64,000 nt of DNA from Amoebophrya sp. A120 (lineage: Eukaryota > Protista > Dinoflagellata). Positions 24,537-35,747 of this stretch are shown piece after piece (the first letter of the stretch is position 1; each line of letters starts with the position of its first letter). The DNA lies in assembly GCA_905178155.1 (NCBI GenBank), contig CAJINV010000017.1, positions 1,658,269-1,722,268 of the forward strand, written 5' to 3'. The notes under the pieces were generated by a model. The model was not told the origin of the DNA, made no database searches, and worked only from the letters and a program-made list of their open reading frames with translations. Made by a program: the position numbers and the translations under genes.

Positions 24537-27500
24537 ATGGCCCCCGGACTTCTCTCTAGCACCTCCACCGCGAAGGGCGCGGCCGCACCGGGCAGCAACC
24601 CGAGTAGTGCGCTGCTCAACGTCAAAAACAAAAGTAACAAGCGCCCCGCGGGCCAGGGTTCCGACGACGTCCTGCAGCTTAACGACCCAAAGTTTTCGGC
24701 GGGCGCGAGCGAAGAGGTATTTTTTCTACTTGTTCGTAGGTGAGTGTGCGTATTTCTCCAGGAGATCCTGGGGGGAATTGCTTCTCTCAACTCTCCCGGG
24801 AGAAGCAATTCCGAGGCTCCGAAATTGCGGGATTTTGGCTTGCGGGCAGGCTGATTTCTGCTGCTATTCGCAGAGGGGCTGCGATTTCCCTGTGATTTGC
24901 AAAGGAAATTGAATAGAAGCAGATCAAAAGTTCGGCCGCGACCTTTGCAAAAAGGCCGCGAAACCGAATCGAATAGCAGTTGAATAGAGGCCCCCCAAAA
25001 GGGGGCCCAATAGCAGGTTGAATAGCAGGGTGAATAGCAGGGTGAATAGCAGGCCCAGGGAAAGGGCCAAACCCGACCGCACTCCCGGCCTGATTGCGTG
25101 CGTTTTCGCCTGCAGTTTGGGGGGGGGGCAAAAGCGCAAAAAAAGCCCGCAAAACTTGCGCAAAAATTAGCCGAAAAGCGCGGGGCGTTTTTCCCGGTCT
25201 TTTCGGAATCTGTGGAGCCACCCCGTCCGCCGTTTCTCATGCTGTTTTGCAGCATATTGCTTGACTTTTCCCGGATCTCCTGGAATATTAAGGTAAGCAG
25301 CATTACAAACCAACACGTAGAATCGCAATCACGACCTGGGGCGGTCGGGGCAGACCTGTTAGCTTTGTCAGATTTGAGTAGTACAGGTGCACTTTTGGGC
25401 GATTGACTTGAAATCCAAATACAACTATCGCGTACTCCATCTCAGGTATTGGAAGCGGAGAACGGAGAAGACCAGGCCCACCAGGCGGCCCCGAAGAACA
25501 TCCGCAAGAGGCAGTTGACCGACCCGCTCAATGACGAGGCTTTGAAAGACGCGATCGCTACGTGGTTCCAGAGCAAAGGTAGAAACTGTGAAGGTTGGAA
25601 GTTCACCCCCGACCTGCTCACCCGCAAGTTCATCTACGACAGCGCCAACCATCAAAAGCAAAAGCTGGATATTGTCGAGCACATCATCCTCAAACTGATC
25701 CCGAAGAACAAGAAGACTTTTAAAAAATTTGAACTCGGGAAGCAGAAGGAGGAGCAGGTGAAGAAGCTGCTTCTCGCTGAGCAGGACGCGATGGCGCAGG
25801 AAAAGGAGGGGTTGTTGCGGGACTCGGTTGCGGAGGTTTTCGGGATTACCAAAAAAGAGAAACAGAAAGAGATGGCTATTGCTCTCTGCAATGGCCACGC
25901 TGATGAGCTGCGGCGCCTGTACCAGCCCAAGAATTCCTTGTTCGCGGCACCCGTCCACCAAAACAAGAACATTGTTGCGGCCCCCGCCGCCTCGAACAAT
26001 TCGTCGCTCTTGGGAGACACGGACGCTCTGATGGAAGACGCATCTTCTACCGGCCCCCAGGCAGCTGCATTGTCTTCTTCTTCTGCGGCGATCAACCAGA
26101 ATACGGCGGCTCTGGCGGGACCCTCTTCTTCTTCCTCGATCAATAGTTCGGCCGTCGCCGGCGCTGCCGGTGGAGGGGGTGGCTTTGCGGCCTCCCAGTC
26201 CCACTCGCAGAACAACAGTAACATGGTGGTGCCCTCGCAGTCCAGCTATCCATTGCAAAAACCTACAACAAAAGATACTGCTACCCGGAGAGATTACTTG
26301 CTTGTTCGATTTTTGCATGACAGATTCAAGTTTATAACTGGCAGCGCATCATTGTTTTGCAGAATCTTTTGTTGATATGATCTTTTGCATTGGATAAGAT
26401 TCAAGCTTCAGAAATTGACCCTGCGACCCTGGCTATGATCAACGCGTCCACCGAATTGTTGGAGGGTGAGGATGATCCAGTGGATATCGACATGGACGGG
26501 GGACAAGCTCACATTCCGTCTTCGGAACTGCGGCGGCCATTCACCTCCGATGAGATGGGGTGCTGGAATGTCGGCAAGGGCCTGCTGGGGATTCTCAAAT
26601 CCTGCGACGACCCGGAGGGTGACAGCGAGACTATCGAGTGCGTTTACGCGATGGACCGCGCGGCAGAAGGTATCGCTTCACCTTTTTCAAATGGTGACTT
26701 CGATTCAGGGTCCACCACGTGACCATGTCCACCCGAGCACTTTTTTGCATGACAGATTTGTTGTTCGAAACAAAACAAAATAAAACGCACTCCAGTTGCG
26801 GGAATTACGACTGACGTGCACAAGAAGGACCTCAAGACGGCCGGTCGTGGGTTGCTCACCTCGCGGTGGTCTGTGGGAGGGTTGACCCGGAAGCAGTATG
26901 CGGAGCGGTATTGTATTCCTTTGCACCTACTAAAACACATGGAGTTTCTTCTTGCAACGACCACAGGCCGAAACTTGTTGGATTCTTGCACGCCGTATCT
27001 TTCTTTGCCTGCCCCTCGCGTTGAGAAAATTACTTCAAAACCAACCCACACAGCCACCGCAAGCACCTGGCTGCGCTTGATGCCGATTCTTTGACCGCCC
27101 ACGAGGTGGTCGTGGCCAACACGGTGGGTGGAAAATTCAAGGTCCCGGAGTCCAAGGCTCTCGAGGTGGTGAAAACCGTACGCGAAAAAATGCAGCATCC
27201 CTACTGGCAATTGCGCATGACGAAGAGATGTTTTTTTTGCATGAGAAAGAGATGTTTTTTCGCATGGCGACGAGATTGCTTTCGGAGCCACGAGGCACGC
27301 GGCATTTTTGGGATGCATATATATTGAAAAAAAGCCAAGTGCTGGGCTTGTTCAAAACCGAACTCGACTCGTTGAAGGACATGGCCGATTTGGTGCAGGA
27401 GAAAACGTCCACTCTAGCGGTACTGTTTCATCGTGTAGTGATGCCGTGTGACATCCCAAGAACTAAATACCCCATCACCCATCTCGTAGCCTGCCTCCTG

Positions 27501-29186
27501 TGCAGGAGCTTTCGCCCTGCTAATATGACCACAAAAGCCACTTCTTCAGGTAGCACAGCCGATCGTCGATTGCTACAAGAGTAAGAAGCCGCTCGAGGGC
27601 AAGGCGTTGCTTACATTTATCGGAGTGAAGTTCTGGGCCTGGTTGGGTCTGCAACGCGAAACGAAATCTGCATTGCAGATTTCGCTCAGTGGCGCAACGT
27701 GCATGACAAATCTCCTGAAGGGGAAAGACGAAATTTGTAATGCAGACGGAGGCAAAGGCAGAAAATTTGTAATGCAGAGGTGGCATAGGTGCAAGTCTGA
27801 CCACTTTTACACAGGATAGTAAACGACTTGAGCAGATGCAGAGTGTGCGTTGCAAATTCAACCCGGCCGAGGCCTGTGGGGGTATACTTGTGAGCGCCAA
27901 CCTGCAGGACCTGAAATCGAAGGCGAAGAAGGATAAGAGGGCCGGAGGCTGGTACAAAGCCCTGTTTGGGGTTTTGCACGATAGCGGCGTCCGCTGCTGC
28001 GGACCCTGGCTCCGCCCGGTCTTTCTGGACAACAAAACTCCGGCGGAGATGCACGAGTGCCTTGCGGGGATCGATGTCATGCAGAACCTCAAGGACGCGC
28101 GGATCGACGTGCACAAGAAATTGGCGAAGCGCATCGAGGGCGGGTCGTGGAGCGTGTATTGTTATTGTTGCGTAGGAATGGTTTCGAGTTTCTCTGAGTA
28201 TTGCTTCACATGCCGGGAGAACGATAGATGTTGCGCGACTTCTTTGTGTATTTACATTGGTCTTTGCCAGGGGGGGTCGCGGTAATCATGGCGTGACGAG
28301 CTAACCGGCTCTACTTCTTTTAGATTATAGCTTGCTCCTCCACTGCGATGCGGGGCACCGGTTTAAAAAAGAAAACACATCTTCAAAACAGCCAGGCTCT
28401 TTCTCAAGCAGGCCACCGCGAAGAAGGCGGGCGACCTGCCTGCCATTTCCTACGACCTGTTCCTGCTGGAGAAGGAGGTGAATCAGATCGACCGGGACCA
28501 ATACAAGCTTCTGTCGGAGTGCAAGGACGAGTACGCCGAGGACAAGAAAACGTGGACGCGTGGTGGGAAATGGGACACGGCTTCGGAAAAGATGAGCAAC
28601 TGGCTGGCCCTCTCGTACACCGGCCGGCAGGAGGCTATCAAAATGGGAGCGGGCGACGACGAGACGGCCCAGCTCGTCAAGGACTACGGTACCCGCCTCG
28701 CGAAGGCGCAGAAGGTGAACCTGAAGGCCGTCGCGCCGTTGCTCAAGAAATTCGTAGGCATGGTGAAGGTGTTGGACACCAAGCCGACCGAAGCACGTGC
28801 TTCCAACTTCGATTTTTTATAATTGCGTAGTGGCGCTATGAGTTCCTTCCTATCTCGTTTCCTCCTATTTCGCTTTCATTCTCCTAGTGCGCAGCGGTGT
28901 TATGTTTTTTCCTATTTCGTTTTGATTCTCATCCGCTGGAATTTACGAGTACAGTGCCCGTCTCCAACTATGAAAATAATAATCATTCACAGTTGCCAAG
29001 ACCGCCCAGGACCTGCACACGATGCTGAAATACTCCGTAGTGTATTTCACCGAGAAAGAGGACGAGGAATTCGACATGTACGCGAAGAAACTCGCCGCTT
29101 GGGAGCAGAAGCGGAGCAACATAACCGACCGGAAGGCTGCCAAGAATCGCGGCACTTTGAAGGCCGCGCGGGCAAGTGGGAAGTGA
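24537..29186 (+). CDS. Transposon-borne second gene, unknown function, ~9 introns (canonical and TIR type)
   Basis: ORFs 24516, 25449, 26390, 26816, 27091, 27228, 27607, 27836, 28478 and a last exon (LAKTAQDL...SGK*) link through GT-AG or TIR introns. One junction at ~27620-27820 is unresolved. No recognisable domain. Confidence 0.55.
24750..25288. mobile_element. Introner-type TIR element nested in a GT-AG intron
   Basis: GTATTTCTCCAGGAGATCC...GGATCTCCTGGAATAT; internal GAATAGCAGG tandem at ~24970-25053. Confidence 0.55.
26246..26397 (+). mobile_element. TIR introner (CT...AA)
   Basis: CTATCCATTGCAAAA...TTTTGCATTGGATAA; exact removal gives SQS-R-IQASE in frame. Confidence 0.8.
27178..27320 (+). 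mobile_element. TIR introner (GT...AT)
   Basis: GTACGC..AAAAATGC pairs with GCATTTTT..GCATAT; gives VVKT|ILKKSQ in frame. Confidence 0.55.
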
Positions 29187-31613
29187 TGGGCTGTGGGGAA
29201 CCGGTCGGCCGGATTGTTCTGCAGCAGTTTCTACTTGATGTCCACACTTAGTTTTTTTACGTTATCTTCTAGAGAGTATTTATTTCCATGTCTACTCTCA
29301 CCAGGACCATGAGCTCCGGTCTCTGGAAAACGAAAGAACCGCGATCGTGTTTCTCTTTGGGATTTTGAATGTGTGACTACAATTCTTATTAGCAGTGCGC
29401 TACACTCCGAACTATCTCAGCTTTTTCGTTAGTCTTTACGAAGAGAATTCTCTTGATTTTCACCGCGCGAGGAATGCACCTCAGGGACCTGGTCCAACAG
29501 AACACGAATTTGAGAAATCTGATATGGCTTTGCATGGCACCAACGAGCGACTTCGTCGGGTAGAAAAGAAGCTGGGTTTTTCATGAATGAGCAAGAACTC
29601 CTTGCATGTTTCACCATGCAACCACAGACCGACAATTTCTTTGTCCACACGACGAGCACTTTTTGAAAATTGACAAAACGAAAAGGCCGATGACAAAACC
29701 GATGATGAAGCTGTCTCTCAAGTCCAATGCTATGAATCCCGACAAGGGCCGGGGAGTGGGACAACATTGCGAAATGTTGCGGCACAATGACCACCAGCCA
29801 ACATCTTTTGAAACCATTTGGACCAGATCTAGAACACATCAGTCACCACGCATGACAGATTCGCTGTTTTTGTAGTATAGGCTTGCAAGAATGGTGGCAC
29901 TCAGCTGGTTGACATGCCTGAGCCCATTCGCCCGCGTAGTTTTGATCGCGTTTTCGTACTGCGTGTGGCGCTTCCGTCAGACAGGCATCTTCTCGTGTGT
30001 TTGGGTCCGAGCCCGCTGGGCCATCTTGCGTTTCTTTCGCAGAGGCTCTGCAAGGCTGCTCGGACGGGGCCTGAGCTTCGTGCTGCGAGGCCTTTTCCGA
30101 TTGTAAAGGGACGACTGACAAAAAGGCCTTCTTCCCGGCCCTTCTCTGTCATGACCCCTAGGGCCCCTCCCCTTCATGGAAATTTCGCGACTATGGGCCA
30201 GCCACAAACCTGACAAGACCCACCTCCTGCGGCGGGTTTGCGCAGTGGCACGGGCCGGGCCCCTTTGCGCCGGCGAACTTGTTCGCCTCGCGGCCCCACG
30301 AACAGGCTTTCTTTTTTGAAAATCCCGCACGGGATAGCGCCTTAATAGGCGCCCGCCGCCGCCCCGGGGCCTCTGACTGAGGCCCCGGGCACTGTAACTT
30401 GTCAGCACATCAAACCACCGGCGTTCCATTGGATGTCAAAAGAACGCTGCGAGCAAGCGTGCGTGCGAGAATGGAAAGAGAACTGAGAGCGAACTTGTGA
30501 AGATCCTCGCGCTATCGTCGTTCGCTGAACAACAAACAACTGCGAAGCAAATGTGAACCCTTTAGGAAAGAGAAAGATTATTCGTGTCGCCAACACGCCG
30601 GCGCGGTTGGCAAGAAACTGGCCAGACGAATTTGTGTCGTCTGTGCGTGTACGCTGCTGCTGGATCGCGCAGCTTGTTCTTCGTAGATCTGCAGTGCATT
30701 CGTTTGCGTTTCAAGATGATCACGAAGACACACTACGTGTAACTACCCAGTTACAGGCACTGGATGCTCCACGACTTGCTGGCCAATCTTGATCTCCGTC
30801 CATCGCCCCGACCCGGGGCGCTGGATCCATGCTGCCCGACCTGCCGGCCAGCCTCGACCCCCATCCAACGCCCCGGCCCGGGGCGCAGGAAGGATCCGTC
30901 AGGAGCCGGTGGGCACCCCCAGTCGCTCTCCATCCAATGCCCCGGCCCGGGGCGTTGGATCCATGTCGCTTGGTCGCGGCATCAATGGCACAGGGTTTAT
31001 CCCCTTGGCCATTTTTATCAACTGCAAATAATGTAATTCCGAACCCGTCATCTTCTCGTCGTGCTCCTGCTCGTGCACAAGCACAAAGGAAGTGAGTCAT
31101 AGAAAAGTCTATCACTATCTCTATCATGTAGTTGACGGTAATGCACGTCTTGCAAACCCAAATTACCGGCTCCTTTTTGATGTCCACACAAGCAAGGCTG
31201 GCCTTAGTTGCGCAAGACCGATACAGGCATCGATGACCCTAAGCAAAATCTTGTAGAGCTTGTATGCAAACACAAGCAGCAGCAACAGTTGATGCGACTC
31301 AGCGACACTACTTGCAGTCGATAGCGCGCTCGTCCGTTGTAAAAAGTTTCTTCATCCTCATGATCCTGTTCCTGATCGTCCGTATTCTGTGCAAAAGTAT
31401 CGTAGAGTCGTCTCACTGCAAGATTACGGCTTTATTGCAGAGTGCTTTTCTTTCTTTCCCCGATTGCTATTCTTCGAGCACGAGCATGATCAGGGTAACA
31501 AACTCCGTTATTGCTTCGTCATCGTCCCCACCAAGGTGAATAGAAATTAGGCGTTTGCTGTAGTGCTAATGTTGCTAATCTTGCTTTTATCTTTATAGAT
31601 CCTCCATCTAGAA

Positions 31614-34600
31614 TTACGATATTTTTTTCCGTGCATAACCCGAGGAAACCGACGACTTGCTGTTGCTGCGCTCCGAATCGGATCCAAAACTCGGCCCTTG
31701 TTCCAGATCCTTGCTTTGTCCACTGCTGGTTTTGCTGCCATTCTTCTCGACACCGGAGGACGTCGTGGGGGTTTGCCGCTCCTGGCCACGGGAAAGACTG
31801 CGCCCGCCCGATGCGTGCAGTGGTACCTTATTTATCATAGCTACGGACATTTACGTTTTGTTGTTAAGCTATAGTAGAGCTTCCAGAGTCAGATCATTCT
31901 TTCGCAGCAATAACGTGCTCACTGAGTAGTTCTACCTTTTTTTTCCCTTTCGGTGGAGCACATGTTCCGGTGAGGTTCTTGCGCTTCACCACGGAAAACA
32001 GGATGAGGAGAATCAGCAACAGGGTGACAACAAAGAGAAATGAGGAGGCCGGGTGTGCAAAAACGAAGTCGGTGGCGTGAAGGATTACCTGGTGGCGAGT
32101 GTCAGTTGGTGTAGTTTTTCCTGCATGGTGCGTGCAGCGTTGTTTCCTTCTTCCCAACAGGAAGGAATTGTTACGGAACAGGCAAAGTGAGATGAGAAGC
32201 AATTTAACACCTCCAAAAAACCAAGGCTAGCGCTAGGCACAGTCGTATGCAGCATGGAGATGGAAATCAATGAAAAAGTACTTATATTTATTATCCGCAG
32301 AGGCAGATGGTGCAACCATTGCAGTTGTTCTGCTTCTGTACCTGTTCGAAGCTCCCAACAACTCGCATCAGAATCCCACCAGTGAAAACATTGCCGCCTG
32401 CGTGCCCGTTTGAATTCGCGGCGGCCGGTAGTAGATTGGAGTTCGAGTGGCCTTCACTTACCGGTCCTTCCGTGCGCAACATCTGTTTGCCGGCTGAGGC
32501 TGAGGAAGAACTGAGTGAAGAAATGGAGACAGAATCGTGTTTGTAGGAGGCTGCGGCCGTGTTCGGCTTCTGCTCTTCATCGTGCGCCACATCCCCTCCT
32601 CCACCAGACACCGTTGCAGCTTCGGCACCGAGCTTCGCAGTAGATGATGTCCCTCGTGTGGCTGAAGAAGCGTCTTTCGCCACGGAAGACGGTGCGGCGC
32701 TCGTCGCCAATGGCGCTGTTGGTTTAGTCACTGCAGTGGCGCGACTGTCACGGCTTCTCGCGTTTTTCGAGTATTCTGAAAAAACAGCTGACCCTGACGC
32801 CGACGCCGACGCGGACCGCTTTACCGATTGTTCCCCCGGAAACGTTTGCTGCGCTGCTGTAGATGTAGAAGCACGGTCACGGAGAGCCGGCGGCGCCATG
32901 CCATCTGCCTGGATTTCTCTTCCTATTTGCGACTGCGCTTCATCTGACACTGTGCTGCGGGCGCCGGCACTTGATGTTTCTCCACCGGGCGTCGCTGCAG
33001 ATGCAACTTGCCGAGACTGACCGAGGCCCTTGTTCGTCGTCGGGTTTCTATTGGCGTCCCCTGTGGACGACCCCAGCGCAACGCGCGGCATAGCAGTGTC
33101 CGCACCGGGTGGCGGCGCCTGCTGCGGCTGTGTTTCCGCGGGGGGGGTGCCCTCGGCTCTTGGGCTTGCAGGCGTTGGGGCCAGTGCTGCGGCAGCTGCA
33201 TCTTTAGCGCCCTCCAGCTCCACGAAAGAGGCCAATCGAGCTTGCTGCCTTGCTTGCGCGTTTTTTTGTTGTTGGTCTTCGTTGCGCGCCCGAACCTCTA
33301 CCTGGATTCGTTCGCGGATTTGTCTGACCGCTGTCTCCGGGCCATCGCGGTCCAATGCTGGCTCGTCCATTGCCAGATTTCTTTGCGGAGCGAAAATTGC
33401 GCTCAGCACGTTACCGGCGAGTGGCCTCAGTACCGCGGGGTCAATCGGGAGAAGGGGATCCACCAGCCACGCCTGGGCGTGCTGGATGACATACACATTC
33501 TGGTCGACGACGTTCACTGGTGGCCGGAGCTGGACCTTCTACATCAAGTTACTGCGCGGCTGCAACGTGCCTATGTTGTTGAAGCGGGGTCCCGCGGCCT
33601 GGGGACCGGACAGCAGCAGTGGTTTCCAGCCAAACTGCTGCTGCTCCTCCACCGGGGCGTGGGACAGTTCGAGCATCTGCATATTTATGAGATGGAACTT
33701 CTGGTCTGTCTGCGTCCCCTGAAGGATCGGCTCCGGTACCAGAATATTAAGCTTGCTCTTGACTGTGTACGTCTGCTCGACGCCGCCAGCAACGTCGCCG
33801 GCGGCGGTCTTAATTTTTTGCGTTAGCAAATAATTCCAGGAAGTGCCTTCGGACTCGGCGACCTCGATGGTCGAGGAGTAGCCTTCTATGACACGACCTT
33901 CCCCGACACCAGGGTAGGGCACTCGCCCCGAGGCGGGTGCTGCGGGCGCGTCCCCCACTAGCTGAAGGTTTGCGTTTGGTGGAATCGGAATTCTGCGCTT
34001 TACTTCCTTGAAGTTGGGATCGTTGTCGTCCAGTGGCAGAATCTTCAGTCGGTTGGTATGTTGGTCCCCGGGCGGTGATTTGGAATATGCCCACGCGAGG
34101 ATCGGCGTGTGATAGAAAGCACCACAGACGATGCTGTACATGACAGCTGTATGCAGGGCAGGGACTAACTTGTTCTGCACATACGCCATCGTTAACGTTT
34201 CATCCGCTGCCGCGGCCGCCGTTGTAGTTGTTCCAGAGCCCATCACTCTACTTCTGATGGCAGCTACCACGCTGGCCTGCGTCTCAAGTTCTGACGTCGC
34301 CTTGCTTGCTTCTCGGTGTACAGTTCCTGTCGACATTTTCATTTGTTGATGATTGGTTGGGCTTTGCTGCAACACATCGCCCATGGCCATGCTGACCTCG
34401 GGTGGGTGTGGGTTTACATTGGAGTCCTCGACGTGGCTTGTTGCGCGAGGAAGAGATGATGAAGAAATATGCTGCCTCTTTTTTGGAGCTTGATCATGAT
34501 CCTCTTGACTTGCACTTGCTGAGGCACCACCAGTGGTCATAGCGTATTCTTCATGATCCTGGATGTTGTGCTCCGAGGTGGCCGCGGTGCTGCTTTCCGT

Positions 34601-34885
34601 ACTAATCATTCGTCCTTGCGCCGTCGGCAAGACCGGCGGAACTGTATCTGTGCGAGGAATGGGGGAGCTACTCAGCTCATTCTTGTTGGGATAAGATGTT
34701 GTCGAAGGAGATGTCACTTGATGTGTCTCCGGAGATTTTACACTACTCGTAAGTTGTTTCTTGTCCTCGCCGCTGCTTGTCACCGGACTGCGATCCTGAA
34801 TTTCGGCCGCACACCTTCCGCACCAGCTGCACAGAACCGCGAGCCGGATACAGCTCCAGGTAAGGCGCAATACGTGCGGCGGCAT
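31614..34885 (-). CDS. Signal-peptide/transmembrane low-complexity protein with an in-frame TAG at 33539-33541
   Basis: ORFs 33539-34903 and 32291-33517 are in the same frame across one TAG. N-terminal signal-like segment; TM segments ALHTAVMYSIVCGAFY and FLFVVTLLLILLILFSVV. Putative GT-AG intron ~32089-32341; last exon ~31614-31850. Confidence 0.55.
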
Positions 34886-35747
34886 CCTGGCGGGCTTCGT
34901 CACCTTGCGACGGACGCGCTGACGCTGAGAGGGGAGTCCAGCAAACGTCTCACAACCGTGTAAAAGAGCTGCGGGTGGAGAACCACAAGGCCGGTTTGCC
35001 TGCGTTATTAAGTGACGGAACTTTCGTTTGTCCCAGCAGGCTGCATTTCAAGCGTGTTGGTGGCTTCTCAGATACTGAGTAGACCACTGCCGCACCCGGA
35101 GTCAGGAAGTAACTCTAGCCCTATCTTTCAAGGCTCGCCGAGAATAAGAATACTAACTTGAGGATTACTAATCGTGATCAAGACATTTTCGCTCAAATAC
35201 TCGCATCATGATCTTCTCCACTTGAACCGATGCACTCAAATGACAGAAAAGCAAGAATGACATCCTGCACCATGACGATACTAGTAGCCTTAGCCTGTTT
35301 CTGTTTCATCTGTTTCGCCCAGCGAACGCTTTTCTTGTTACATAATTGCACTCATTCTCATGCGCTCGTTCTCCCACCGGTTTCTCATCTGAATCTGATG
35401 TGTACGCAAAATTTTCGTTTCCGTGCGAACTTCATGATCATGAAGAGACTAAATACACTGCTGCGGCAGGCGCCGATAAGCACCAGAAAATTATTCAATT
35501 CTAAATTCCGTATCCGTAGCCGTCGGATAGCATTTGCATTATTTGCTAACAGTGCTACTAGACAAGCCTATTTCATCGACCTTCATCTCCACGGACTTTT
35601 TTGAGGCAGGTCCGGTATTTGTTACTCATGATCTCCGTGAATATTGAAAAGAGAAGAATGAGCTAGAAAGGTACTTCTAGTTCCTTCGGGGAAAGTTTTT
35701 CTTGCGCCGATCCACTAACTAAGTAATCGCAGCATGATCATGTATCT

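Larger units (their letters stand above)
19398..30380 (+). mobile_element. ~11 kb TIR DNA transposon carrying a transposase and a second gene
   Basis: Left end TCAGTCAGAGGCCCGCGGGGCGG, right end CCGCCCCGGGGCCTCTGACTGA. Both flanked by GGCCCC (TSD 6, 4 or 2 bp depending on where the end is placed). Interrupts a copy of the 7015-7599 repeat. Confidence 0.8.

Noticed and set aside
19398-30380. Polinton/Maverick or viral element (large size, possible 6-bp TSD)
   Set aside because: No pPolB, retroviral-type integrase, ATPase or capsid motifs; TIRs are short.
33539-33541. Genome-wide stop-codon reassignment
   Set aside because: Only one in-frame stop; other genes have long stop-free exons and end in TAA or TGA.
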